Below the pieces are notes generated by a model. The model ran no database searches. It was not told where the DNA came from and worked only from the letters and a program-made list of their open reading frames with translations. A program made the translations under genes and the position numbers. From an uncultured Rhodospirillales bacterium (GTDB lineage Bacteria; Pseudomonadota; Alphaproteobacteria; Rhodospirillales; JABHCV01), in assembly GCA_938092065.1 (NCBI GenBank), contig CALKND010000035.1:3128-67127 (forward strand): a stretch of DNA of 64,000 bases. Reading direction: 5' to 3'. Position 1 is the stretch's first letter; each line of letters starts with the position of its first letter. Of the stretch, positions 45,321 through 54,725 are shown in pieces.

Positions 45321-45537
45321 TTATAATACCTGTATCCAGCTTGTGAATTTGTGACATGAAACATAGGAAAAGCATTATGTCAACGAATTGCAATGCTTTT
45401 GCTCGAATGTGACTGCTTTAATATTACAAACAATTGTTTAAAACCGGAGATTAATCACGATAAGATAACTGAACTCAATTTATAAATTTATCCAAGTCTG
45501 GGTGACTTCTTTCTTTTAATAAGTATAAAGTGTGAAC

Positions 45538-45762
45538 ATGAGTCGCAATGATGGTCAACAACACGAGGTTCTTATTGAGCTTTTCTATACATCTAGTCGT
45601 TCTGTGAAGGTCGTTGCCATTGACCCGATCACTGGAACTGAAGTGGTAATGGTCGGCGACAGAAATCAAGGTGAGACAGTTCTGAAGCAACTAGCAGCCC
45701 AAAAACTACACTACGTTTTGAACAAAAACAAAGAGCCTGCAAAAAAAGACAGTATCTATTAA
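45538..45762 (+). CDS. Small conserved hypothetical protein (74 aa)
   Basis: MSRNDGQQHEVLIELFYTSSRSVKVVAIDPITGTEVVMVGDRNQGETVLKQLAAQKLHYVLNK. The pattern E-V-x-F-E-x-x-x-x-G-x-x-V-K-V-x-A-I-D-x-x-T-G-x-E-V resembles a small alphaproteobacterial protein family that I recall but cannot name with certainty. The track start is GTG 45532; ATG 45538 is preferred. Confidence 0.55.
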   Translation: MSRNDGQQHEVLIELFYTSSRSVKVVAIDPITGTEVVMVGDRNQGETVLKQLAAQKLHYVLNKNKEPAKKDSIY

Positions 45763-45875
45763 TCTAAATCGATATATTTTTTGTCCTTTTGATAGCTTGT
45801 GGTTTGTTGGCAAAATATTGCAGGATATGGTATCTGTTTCCCACGATACAAAAATTCATTTGCTAAGGAACCAAA

Positions 45876-46316
45876 ATGTCATCAGAAATGATTGCCATTG
45901 CCAGTGACCATGCTGGCTTTGGACTAAAAAACAAGTTAAAGGAGCAGTTAATCAACCAGGGTTTTGAAGTTCTTGATTTGGGAACCAATGACACTAAATC
46001 TGTTGATTACCCCGATTTTGGATATGCCATGGCTTCAGCAATAAAAAATAATAAGGCTTCACGTGGAGTTCTCGTGTGTGGCAGCGGCATTGGAATTTCT
46101 ATAGCAGCGAATCGCCACAATAATATTCGGGCAGCCCTTATTCATGATTCACTGGGTGCTAAAATGGCCCGACTTCACAACGATGCAAATGTGATCGTCT
46201 TTGGTGGACGTTTAATCGGAATGGACGTTGCGCTGGATTCCCTTCATACTTTCCTGAATACTAACTTTGAGGGTGGTCGCCATGCACTGCGTGTTGAGAA
46301 ATTATCTAATCCATAA
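45876..46316 (+). CDS. rpiB: Ribose-5-phosphate isomerase B
   Basis: 146 aa, IAIASDHAGFGLKNKLKEQL...GVLVCGSGIGISIAANR. RpiB/LacAB family signature. Confidence 0.92.
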   Translation: MSSEMIAIASDHAGFGLKNKLKEQLINQGFEVLDLGTNDTKSVDYPDFGYAMASAIKNNKASRGVLVCGSGIGISIAANRHNNIRAALIHDSLGAKMARLHNDANVIVFGGRLIGMDVALDSLHTFLNTNFEGGRHALRVEKLSNP

Positions 46317-46345
46317 CAATTGCAAAATCTAGCTAGGAGCATTTG

Positions 46346-47665
46346 ATGCCTGATATTAATAATTCCTATCCATCCAATAGATTGAAAGACTTCTTCAATA
46401 AATCACTTTCTGATACGGATGCAGAGCTTATGTCGTCAATCAATGGTGAACTTATTCGTCAGCAAGGCCAAATTGAATTGATCGCATCTGAAAACATTAC
46501 CTCTAGGGCCGTAATGGAGGCCCAAGGCTCGGTGATGACTAACAAATATGCCGAAGGCTACTCTGGACGTCGCTACTATGGTGGTTGCGAAAACGTTGAT
46601 GTGGCAGAAACCTTAGCCATTGATCGGGCGAAAAAGATTTTTGGTTGCAACTATGTTAACGTTCAACCTCATTCCGGCTGTCAGGCCAATGGTGCGGTGA
46701 TGTTGGCTTTATTGCAACCCGGAGATACCACTTTAGGCATGTCACTGGCTGCAGGTGGTCATCTTACTCACGGAGCACCACCAGCTCAGTCTGGAAAGTG
46801 GTTTAATGGTATTCAATATGGTGTTCGCCGTGAGGATGCTCTTATAGATTTTGACGAAGTTGAAAAACTAGCAAAAGAGCACAAACCAAAATTAATATTT
46901 GCTGGTGGCTCTGCGTATTCCAGAACAATCGATTTTGCCCGCTTTCGAGCTATTGCTGATGATGTGCGTGCACTTTTAATGGTCGATATGTCCCACTTTT
47001 CTGGCTTAGTCGCTACCGGGTTACATCCCTCACCAATTGGCATAGCCGATATAGTCACCACAACGACCCACAAAACACTGCGTGGCCCCCGTGGTGGAAT
47101 GGTTTTAACCAATAATGAAGACATTGCTAAAAAGATAAATTCTGCGGTCTTTCCTGGACTTCAAGGAGGTCCATTAATGCACGTTATTGCCGCAAAGGCA
47201 GTGGCATTTGGTGAGGTTCTTCAACCAGAATTTAAGGTTTATTCTCAAGCCGTTATCGATAATGCTCAAGTCTTAGCCGAAACACTTGTAGATCGAGGTT
47301 TAGATATCGTTTCCGGTGGCACTGATACGCACTTACTGCTTGTTGATCTGAGGCCAAAGAGCTTAACAGGTCGTGATGCAGAGCTCAGTCTGGATCGGGC
47401 GCTTATGACTTGTAATAAGAATGGTATTCCCTTTGATCAGGAAAAACCGACAGTCACTTCTGGTATCCGTCTTGGAACTCCTGCAGGTACAACCCGCGGT
47501 TTTGGCATAGATGAATTCCGTCAGATAGGCAATTTGATTGGTGACGTTCTTGATGGCCTAGCCACAAATGAGAATGACAATTCAGCTGTTGAGGCTGAAG
47601 CAGCTGCAAAAGTTGGTGAGCTGTGCCAAAAATTTCCCATCTACATGGACACTATGGGAGTTTAA
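46346..47665 (+). CDS. glyA: Serine hydroxymethyltransferase
   Basis: About 439 aa with [11 protein letters not shown] and the PLP-Lys context [18 protein letters not shown] 46346 sits one codon inside the track TTG start. Confidence 0.96.
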   Translation: MPDINNSYPSNRLKDFFNKSLSDTDAELMSSINGELIRQQGQIELIASENITSRAVMEAQGSVMTNKYAEGYSGRRYYGGCENVDVAETLAIDRAKKIFGCNYVNVQPHSGCQANGAVMLALLQPGDTTLGMSLAAGGHLTHGAPPAQSGKWFNGIQYGVRREDALIDFDEVEKLAKEHKPKLIFAGGSAYSRTIDFARFRAIADDVRALLMVDMSHFSGLVATGLHPSPIGIADIVTTTTHKTLRGPRGGMVLTNNEDIAKKINSAVFPGLQGGPLMHVIAAKAVAFGEVLQPEFKVYSQAVIDNAQVLAETLVDRGLDIVSGGTDTHLLLVDLRPKSLTGRDAELSLDRALMTCNKNGIPFDQEKPTVTSGIRLGTPAGTTRGFGIDEFRQIGNLIGDVLDGLATNENDNSAVEAEAAAKVGELCQKFPIYMDTMGV

Positions 47666-47680
47666 CAAGGAGACCATTCC

Positions 47681-48136
47681 ATGCGATGTCCGTTTTGTGG
47701 CAGCGACGACACCCAAGTTAAGGACTCAAGGCCAACAGAAGATAATGCGACCATCCGACGGCGAAGATATTGCCCATCATGTGGCTCACGTTTTACAACC
47801 TTTGAGAGAGTACAGTTGCGCGAGTTGACAGTCGTAAAAAAAGACGGCGACAAAGCACCATTTGACCGCGATAAGGTCATGCGTTCTTTGAAGATTGCCC
47901 TTCGAAAGAGACCGGTTGATGATGATAAGATAGAGCGGGTCGTTAATGGTATTCAACGTCGATTAGAAACTCTTGGTGAAACAGAAATCCCAACCAAGGT
48001 TGTCGGCGAAATGATCATGGATAACTTGCGAGATCTTGATACTATTGCATATGTTCGTTTTGCCTCAGTGTATCGTAACTTTAGAGAAACCAAAGACTTC
48101 GAAGAGTTTATTGGCGAACTGGGTGACGAGAATTAA
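47681..48136 (+). CDS. nrdR: Transcriptional repressor NrdR
   Basis: 151 aa. Zinc ribbon [13 protein letters not shown]...[16 protein letters not shown] followed by an ATP-cone. Confidence 0.95.
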   Translation: MRCPFCGSDDTQVKDSRPTEDNATIRRRRYCPSCGSRFTTFERVQLRELTVVKKDGDKAPFDRDKVMRSLKIALRKRPVDDDKIERVVNGIQRRLETLGETEIPTKVVGEMIMDNLRDLDTIAYVRFASVYRNFRETKDFEEFIGELGDEN

Positions 48137-48157
48137 ACTATCTCGGAGCCTGAAACA

Positions 48158-49276
48158 ATGACTGTCAACACCGAAGATATAAACCATATGGGAGCTGCCC
48201 TTGCTTTAGCAAGGCGTGGACTAGGAATGACTGCCCCGAACCCTACTGTTGGCTGTATTATTGTGTCAAACGATGGTCAGATTGCTGGACGGGGCTGGAC
48301 CCAAATGGGTGGCCGCCCTCACGCAGAGCAGGAGGCGATTAAAAGGGCAGGAATTCAATGTCGTGGTGCGACAGCGTATGTTACTCTTGAGCCCTGTGAT
48401 CATGAAGGTGAAGCACCAGCCTGCTCCAAAGCTCTTATAAAGGCAAATATCAAACGCGTTGTTGTAGCTTGTGTGGACCCAGACCCAAGGGTCTCCGGCA
48501 AAGGTGTAAAACGCCTCAAGAATGCTGGTGTAGAAGTTGTTCAAGGCATACTAGAAGAAGAGGCTAAATACTTAAATAAAGGTTTTTTCAAGCGACTAGC
48601 TGAAGGTCGTCCACTTTTTACTCTCAAGTTAGCGACAACTTTGGACGGACAAATTGCCACACGGAGCGGACACAGCAAGTGGATTACTGGTCCTGAAGCT
48701 CGAGCGAAAGGGCACATGCTTAGGGCAAGACATGACGCTATAATGATTGGCATAGGCACAGCCCTTGCCGATAAGCCACAATTGACCTGTCGCTTGAAGG
48801 GTATGGCGCTTTATTCTCCACTTCGAATTATCATCGACAGCACATTGAAGTTGCCTTTGACCAGCCTGCTCGTTGAGACGGCTAATTATATCCCAACTAT
48901 TATTCTCACCGCAAAAGGTGTCAGTAGGGAAAAAGTTCTGGCTTTCAAAAAAAAAGGCATCAAAGTAATTGTGCTTAAACCTTTACTTTCTGGTCGACTA
49001 GCACCAAAGTTAATTGCAAAAGCTCTGGGTATTGAAGGTCTGAATAGTGTTTTGCTAGAAGGTGGCAGTAAAGTGGTGGGGTCCTTCATTAGTGCTGGAT
49101 TAGTTGATCAACTGGCATGGTTTCATGCTCCAAAATTAATTGGCGGAGATGGGGTTCCTTCGATTGCTGCATATGGTGTTGAGAGCCTGTTGGATGCTCA
49201 ATCTTTTCAGCTTACTACTCAACACCAGTGCGGGAATGACATTTACGAAACTTATGATCGCAAGAATGGAAATTAG
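48158..49276 (+). CDS. ribD: Bifunctional riboflavin biosynthesis deaminase/reductase
   Basis: 372 aa. Deaminase zinc motifs HAEQEA and TLEPCDHEGEAPAC. C-terminal reductase domain (KLATTLDGQIATRSGHSKWITG). Confidence 0.94.
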   Translation: MTVNTEDINHMGAALALARRGLGMTAPNPTVGCIIVSNDGQIAGRGWTQMGGRPHAEQEAIKRAGIQCRGATAYVTLEPCDHEGEAPACSKALIKANIKRVVVACVDPDPRVSGKGVKRLKNAGVEVVQGILEEEAKYLNKGFFKRLAEGRPLFTLKLATTLDGQIATRSGHSKWITGPEARAKGHMLRARHDAIMIGIGTALADKPQLTCRLKGMALYSPLRIIIDSTLKLPLTSLLVETANYIPTIILTAKGVSREKVLAFKKKGIKVIVLKPLLSGRLAPKLIAKALGIEGLNSVLLEGGSKVVGSFISAGLVDQLAWFHAPKLIGGDGVPSIAAYGVESLLDAQSFQLTTQHQCGNDIYETYDRKNGN

Positions 49277-49278
49277 AG

Positions 49279-49863
49279 ATGTTTACTGGTATTATAACTG
49301 ATATTGGTAAAGTGCGCGCCCTTGAAAAAAAGGGTGATACACGTATTGAAATAACAACTCAAATAGATACTGAATCGATCAATATTGGTGCTTCAATATG
49401 CTGTTCAGGAGCTTGTTTGACGGTCATCGAAAAACAGGGCGGTTGGTTTGCTGTTCAAGCCTCAGGCGAGACACTCTCCAAAACTGTTCTTGGCTCTTGG
49501 GCACTAGATACACCAGTTAACCTAGAGCGCGCTCTAAAAGTTGGCGACGAAATGGGTGGCCATATTGTTTCTGGCCATGTTGATGGAATTGCTCAGGTGA
49601 CAGACGTCAAAAAAGAGGGCGATTCTCTTCGTGTCAACTTCAAAACTGATGACATATTAAAACGTTTTGTGGCCCCAAAAGGATCCATCACAATTAACGG
49701 TGTTTCTTTGACAGTCAACGATGTTGAGGGTAATTGTTTTGGTGTGAACCTAGTCCCCCACACTCAGTTTGAAACTACGCTGGGGAAAGTTTCAACTGAA
49801 GAGATGGTCAATGTGGAAATAGATATGCTAGCTCGTTATGTTGCGAGGCTTCTGGAAAATTAA
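49279..49863 (+). CDS. ribE: Riboflavin synthase (alpha chain)
   Basis: 194 aa. MFTGIITDIGKV start and two lumazine-binding repeats (GASICCSGACLTV / GSITINGVSLTV). Confidence 0.94.
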   Translation: MFTGIITDIGKVRALEKKGDTRIEITTQIDTESINIGASICCSGACLTVIEKQGGWFAVQASGETLSKTVLGSWALDTPVNLERALKVGDEMGGHIVSGHVDGIAQVTDVKKEGDSLRVNFKTDDILKRFVAPKGSITINGVSLTVNDVEGNCFGVNLVPHTQFETTLGKVSTEEMVNVEIDMLARYVARLLEN

Positions 49864-49905
49864 CATTCCTAAACAGGGGTGTATTGTAGGAATTAAATAT
49901 AAATC

Positions 49906-51012
49906 GTGAGAAATTCTAAAATCCTATCACCTATTAAAGATATTATTGAAGACGCCCGCAACGGCAGGATGTACATTTTAGTAGATGATGAAGAACGTGA
50001 AAACGAGGGCGATCTTGTTATTCCCGCGCAGATGGCTACACCTGAAGCAATCAACTTCATGGCCATGTATGGCCGAGGCCTGATTTGCCTGTCACTAACA
50101 CCTGAGCGCGTCAGCGAACTAAAATTGCCTTTGATGGCAAGACGCAATGACTCTCGGCATCAGACAGCCTTTACCGTTTCTATTGAAGCAAGGGAAGGGG
50201 TAACTACTGGAATTTCCGCATCTGATCGGGCCCGAACAATTTGCGTCGCAATTGATCCCACCAAGGGTAATAATGATATAGCAAGTCCCGGGCATGTTTT
50301 TCCTTTGGTATCGTCTCAAGGCGGTGTCATTGTTCGCGCCGGACATACAGAAGCCGCCGTTGATGTCTCACGACTGGCAGGCTTGAACCCTTCAGGTGTT
50401 ATTTGCGAAATCATGAACGAAGACGGTTCAATGGCCAGATTACCTGAACTAATTAAATTTGCACAACACCATGCATTAAAAATAGGTACCATTGCTGATT
50501 TAATTGCATACCGACTTAAGAATGACCGTCTGATTGAATGTAGTGTTGAGTCGACCTTCAAAAGCAACCACGGTGGCGAGTTCAAAATGGCTGTGTATGT
50601 TAATAAAATTGTCTATGCGGAACACATTGTCCTGATAAAAGGGGAAGTTGGCAATGGCAAGCCTGTGCTAGTTCGTATGCATGCATTAAATGTGCTAGAT
50701 GATGTCCTGTCTGATGCCTCTGGCAAGGCTGGTGAACTACATAAAGCTATGAAAATGGTAGCAGATGAAGGACGTGGCATCATTGTCCTAATCCGTGAAC
50801 CGCTAGCAACCAGTTTGTCTGATCGTGTTCGTAAAAAAATGGGAGAAAATGTATGCTCTAACGCAGAACTCAGGGACTACGGCGTTGGAGCACAAATTTT
50901 ACTAGACCTTGGCGTCAAGGATATGATCCTACTGTCTAATACCCATCGTAATATTGTCGGACTTGAGGGTTACGGCCTTAGAGTTGTGGAACAACGTGAT
51001 ATAGCAGGCTAA
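49906..51012 (+). CDS. ribB: 3,4-dihydroxy-2-butanone-4-phosphate synthase fused to a degenerate GTP cyclohydrolase II-like domain (RibBX-type)
   Basis: 368 aa from GTG 49906. The N-terminal half is a good DHBP synthase ([27 protein letters not shown]). The C-terminal half aligns to RibA but lacks its zinc Cys triad: E. coli has [20 protein letters not shown], this protein has [26 protein letters not shown] is replaced by PLATSL. Confidence 0.85.
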   Translation: MRNSKILSPIKDIIEDARNGRMYILVDDEERENEGDLVIPAQMATPEAINFMAMYGRGLICLSLTPERVSELKLPLMARRNDSRHQTAFTVSIEAREGVTTGISASDRARTICVAIDPTKGNNDIASPGHVFPLVSSQGGVIVRAGHTEAAVDVSRLAGLNPSGVICEIMNEDGSMARLPELIKFAQHHALKIGTIADLIAYRLKNDRLIECSVESTFKSNHGGEFKMAVYVNKIVYAEHIVLIKGEVGNGKPVLVRMHALNVLDDVLSDASGKAGELHKAMKMVADEGRGIIVLIREPLATSLSDRVRKKMGENVCSNAELRDYGVGAQILLDLGVKDMILLSNTHRNIVGLEGYGLRVVEQRDIAG

Positions 51013-51022
51013 ATGGATAAAA

Positions 51023-51487
51023 ATGTCAGAAAACTCTAAGGTGCTGATCGTCGAGGGGCGTTTTTATGAATACATTTCAGATGAGCTGTGCAAGGGTGCT
51101 ATTGCTGTTCTTGATCAGGCAAGAGTAAAATATGAACGCATAGTTGTTCCCGGTGCCTTCGAAATTCCTCAGGCTATCCGTTTTGCCATCGACTCAATGG
51201 GTAATGGGCCTCACGTGGAACGCTATGATGGATTTATTGGATTTGGCTGTGTAATTCGGGGCGAGACATCACACTACGACTATGTATGTCAGGAGTCATC
51301 ACGCGCGTTGATGGATATTGTCATGCAATACCGTATCGCTCTTGGATATGGTATTTTGACTGTTGAAAATCACGCACAAGCATGGGAAAGGGCGGATATA
51401 CATAATAAAAATAAGGGTGGTGCTGTGGCCCAAGCATGTCTCAGGATGATGGAAGTCAAAAAATACTTCTATCCAGTACCTCTGTGA
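51023..51487 (+). CDS. ribH: 6,7-dimethyl-8-ribityllumazine synthase
   Basis: 154 aa. VPGAFEIP, GCVIRGETSHYDYV and GILTVEN motifs. Confidence 0.94.
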   Translation: MSENSKVLIVEGRFYEYISDELCKGAIAVLDQARVKYERIVVPGAFEIPQAIRFAIDSMGNGPHVERYDGFIGFGCVIRGETSHYDYVCQESSRALMDIVMQYRIALGYGILTVENHAQAWERADIHNKNKGGAVAQACLRMMEVKKYFYPVPL

Positions 51488-52002
51488 GCATCTCAACAGA
51501 AGATAACAATAATCCAAGGGGAATCGATCGTTCTTCCGCTAGACTTTCAGCTGTGCAGGCCCTTTACGAAATCGATATGACCGGTGTTTCAGCTGATCCT
51601 GTTCTACAGGAATTCCTAAAAGACCGTTGGAAATCAAGATCCAGTATACTTGAACAAGATGAAGACAACCTTCCCAATTTAGCTACTCCTGATCATGCAC
51701 TTTTGGCAGAAATTATCCGTGGAGTTTCTGCAAAACGGGATGATTTAGATAGAATTATTGAGCCGTCCCTCTCTGGCGAATGGACTGTTGAACGACTTGA
51801 AGTTATATTAAGAGCAACCTTACGTGCAGGAACATTTGAGCTACTCTCCACTGAGAAAGTTCCAGCGAAAGTGATCATCAATGAATATGTTAATGTAGCC
51901 AAAGCATTCTTTGATGATAACAAGCCTAGTTTAGTCAACGGAGTACTAGACAAAATTGCAAGGGTACTACGAACAGCAGAAATGGAAAAATCTGAACAAT
52001 AA
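51484..52002 (+). CDS. nusB: Transcription antitermination factor NusB
   Basis: ARLSAVQALYEIDM, ILRATLRAGTFELL and INEYVNVAKAFF are NusB signatures. I place the start at GTG 51484 (GTGA overlap with the ribH stop). The track ORF from 51436 would overlap ribH by 52 nt. Confidence 0.88.
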   Translation: MSISTEDNNNPRGIDRSSARLSAVQALYEIDMTGVSADPVLQEFLKDRWKSRSSILEQDEDNLPNLATPDHALLAEIIRGVSAKRDDLDRIIEPSLSGEWTVERLEVILRATLRAGTFELLSTEKVPAKVIINEYVNVAKAFFDDNKPSLVNGVLDKIARVLRTAEMEKSEQ

Positions 52003-52003
52003 A

Positions 52004-53014
52004 ATGGTTAATCATTCTAGGCTTAGCGAATTTGACTTAATCAAAAAGTACCTGCGTCCACTAGCCCAAGCCGCAAGTGGTGCTGCCTTGTTAAGTGATG
52101 ATGCCGCTGTTTTACCAACGAAAGATGGCCACCATCTTGTTGTGACAATGGATACATTAATATCAGATGTTCATTTTTTTGAGATTACACCACCTCACCT
52201 AATTGCCGCCAAAAGTCTAAGAGTTAACATTTCAGACCTTGCCTCAATGGGTGCCGACCCAGCTTTTTACACATTATCTTTATCCTTACCCTATGATGGA
52301 GATGTTAAATATGATGCAGACTGGCTGAGTAGATTTTCACAAGGACTTGCAATAGAGCAAGATCTCTTTGGCATCACATTGGTTGGTGGCGACACAGTAT
52401 CCACACCCGGCCCATTATCCCTAACCATTACAGCTTTTGGCTGGGTCAAAATAGGCCAAGCAATTATGCGCTCAGGAGCCACTGCTGGTGACTTGGTTTA
52501 TGTAAGTGGTACTATCGGAGATTCTTGGCTAGGGCTATCTTCATTGCGAGGAAGATTTCTAGAACTAGACCCATCCTATATAGAGTTTGTTACGGACAGT
52601 TATCACCTACCACAACCACGGCTTGATTTAGGCCAACGACTTTATGGAGTGGCGAACTCAGCCATCGATATTTCTGACGGATTAATCCAAGATTTAGGAC
52701 ATATCTGTAGGGCATCCAAAGTAAGTGCCGCTATTAAGACTGATAATATTCCTCTGTCAGGACCAGCACGCGTGTTGGTGGCAGATAATACTCAACTAAT
52801 AAATAGTCTCATTTCCGGTGGTGATGATTATGAACTTCTTTTTACTGTGCCTAAGAAATGGGATAGAACTATTAGTAATATGGCTAAAGAGCTAGATTTG
52901 CCATTGTCACTAATTGGCTTTATTGAGCCCTCGGTCCATGATCACTTAGTTGCAATATATGATGAAGAGGGAACAAAAATAGATTTAACTTCAACTGGTT
53001 ATCAACATTTTTGA
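52004..53014 (+). CDS. thiL: Thiamine-monophosphate kinase
   Basis: About 336 aa from ATG 52004, one nt after the nusB stop. SEFDLIKKYLRPL, DDAAVL, VTMDTLISDVHF, NISDLASMGA, GGDT. AIR-synthase-like fold, and the usual nusB-thiL pairing. Confidence 0.9.
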   Translation: MVNHSRLSEFDLIKKYLRPLAQAASGAALLSDDAAVLPTKDGHHLVVTMDTLISDVHFFEITPPHLIAAKSLRVNISDLASMGADPAFYTLSLSLPYDGDVKYDADWLSRFSQGLAIEQDLFGITLVGGDTVSTPGPLSLTITAFGWVKIGQAIMRSGATAGDLVYVSGTIGDSWLGLSSLRGRFLELDPSYIEFVTDSYHLPQPRLDLGQRLYGVANSAIDISDGLIQDLGHICRASKVSAAIKTDNIPLSGPARVLVADNTQLINSLISGGDDYELLFTVPKKWDRTISNMAKELDLPLSLIGFIEPSVHDHLVAIYDEEGTKIDLTSTGYQHF

Positions 53015-53089
53015 GAGGTTTCTTCTATCTGTAATAAAAAATTGGAATTATCCTAAAGTGAGATTTTTACCGTTGGAGTGATTTAAACT

Positions 53090-53542
53090 ATGGACGCAAA
53101 GAAAATAGTTATCATTTTTGCTGTTTTGCTTATGCTTACAGGAGGCACCATAAGTGTACTTAAATGGTTACAAATTGGTCCTTTTTCGAATTCTATAGAA
53201 GCAGAAGAAAAAGAAACTACCCCCATTGAGCCCCCCGTAACTATAAAAATGGACAAACTCTCTATTCCCATATTTGCAGAAAACAGCATAGCAGCAACGA
53301 TTTTGGTGGAACTTAAGGTTGAGGTTATTGGTCCAGAAAACCAAGAAATGATAACGAAACTACTGCCTCGGCTAAGTGATGCTTTTTTTAAGGATTTATA
53401 CGTCTTTGTCCCACAGCTTATTCGCCGAAAAACAAAAATAACCTCCCGGGTTCTAGCCGCGCGAATGAAGAAGGTTGCTGATAAGGTTTTTGGACCCGAC
53501 GTACTTCACAAAGTCATTATCGTAAAAGTAACTGACAGCTGA
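53090..53542 (+). CDS. FliL-like single-pass membrane protein (function unknown)
   Basis: 150 aa. One N-terminal TM (IVIIFAVLLMLTGGTISVL), then a periplasmic part laid out like FliL (KMDKLSIPIFAENSIAATILVELKVEVIGPENQEMITKLLPRLSDAFFKDLY...VIIVKVT). No flagellar genes are nearby. Confidence 0.5.
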   Translation: MDAKKIVIIFAVLLMLTGGTISVLKWLQIGPFSNSIEAEEKETTPIEPPVTIKMDKLSIPIFAENSIAATILVELKVEVIGPENQEMITKLLPRLSDAFFKDLYVFVPQLIRRKTKITSRVLAARMKKVADKVFGPDVLHKVIIVKVTDS

Positions 53543-53562
53543 TTATCGTTAAGTTATGCTAG

Positions 53563-54027
53563 CTATCGTTCTAAATTATCTGGGTCGTCCGACCCATTAA
53601 AGCGCCCCATATTTTTAAGTATTTGTTCGAAAAAACCGTAGTCACTTCCAGTAGTTGCAGTAATTCGGGGTACAGGCTGAATTTTTTTACCACTTTCAGC
53701 ATCTAAAGTTTCTATTTTACTTACTATTCCTTCCTTATTGAAACTGAGGATAAGAACCTTGCGTTCTTTTACTACCGGCTCTAAAAAAGCTAATGTTTCC
53801 GTTCGTTCAGATATGTAAAGCCATCTTTCCTGATCAAACATCGTGACAGATGATGGGGTGCCAAGAATTTCTTCAACTTCCACACGTGAGTGATCACCCG
53901 TCTTGATCTCACTCAGAATATCTGGATCAGGAAGATTTCCTCGAATGTCTATCTTTGGCGTGCAGCCTATAAGGTAAACAGTAAAGCATAAAAAAAATAA
54001 AATCTTTGACGGATTATAAAACAACAT
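53563..54027 (-). CDS. bamE: Outer membrane protein assembly factor BamE (SmpA/OmlA)
   Basis: 154 aa. Lipoprotein signal with lipobox LIGC, then RGNLPDPDILSEIKTGDHSRVEVEEILGTPS, the SmpA/OmlA signature. Confidence 0.85.
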   Translation of the reverse strand: MLFYNPSKILFFLCFTVYLIGCTPKIDIRGNLPDPDILSEIKTGDHSRVEVEEILGTPSSVTMFDQERWLYISERTETLAFLEPVVKERKVLILSFNKEGIVSKIETLDAESGKKIQPVPRITATTGSDYGFFEQILKNMGRFNGSDDPDNLER

Positions 54028-54161
54028 TATTAATTGCGCTCAGTTATATAAGAAAAAGTGATCATTACTTGTTTCAATTACTATAGAATTTACATCAGAC
54101 ATAATCTTCGCACATTAAATTGCATCCCTTATGGCCCATTGTCAAATGTCCGGTAAGCAAA

Positions 54162-54725
54162 ATGAATATCATCAAAAATATATTTTCTTTTTCCAATGAA
54201 AAAAAAATAGCTCATAAACTCTATAAAACTATTGTCAAACAGGCACGACAACCGGTTTTTTATGAAAGTTGTGGTGTCGCTGATACTTTTGATGGTCGTT
54301 TTGACATGATATCGCTTCACATGATTTTAATTATACGTCGTATGAAAGGTGACATAGATCAATCTCGCAAGCTATCACAGGCATTATTCGACTTTATGTT
54401 CGACGACATTGATCTCAATCTTCGTGAATTAGGAATTGGTGATATGGGTGTTCTGCATAGAGTAAAAAAAATGACGAAGGCCTTTTATGGTAGATTAGAA
54501 TCTTATGATCGGGGGCTCAAACAAAAAGATGATGCCATTTTACTAGCAGCCCTTGAGCGTAATCTTTACCGGGAAAATGACGTAACTGATTCTAATTTGA
54601 AGACCATAACATGTTATACAAGAAGGCAATCTTTGTACCTAGACAAGGTGAATATCAATGCACTTATGACAGGTGAGCTTGAGTTTGACCCCGAGCTGCT
54701 TATTAGCATAAATACAGACAAATGA
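54162..54725 (+). CDS. Ubiquinol-cytochrome c chaperone family protein (Cbp3-like)
   Basis: YKTIVKQARQPVFYESCGVADTFDGRFDMISLHMILIIRRM...FDFMFDDIDLNLRELGIGDMGVLHRVKKMTKAFYGR matches the Ubiq_cyt_C_chap family pattern. ATG 54162 is preferred over the track TTG 54120. Confidence 0.8.
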   Translation: MNIIKNIFSFSNEKKIAHKLYKTIVKQARQPVFYESCGVADTFDGRFDMISLHMILIIRRMKGDIDQSRKLSQALFDFMFDDIDLNLRELGIGDMGVLHRVKKMTKAFYGRLESYDRGLKQKDDAILLAALERNLYRENDVTDSNLKTITCYTRRQSLYLDKVNINALMTGELEFDPELLISINTDK

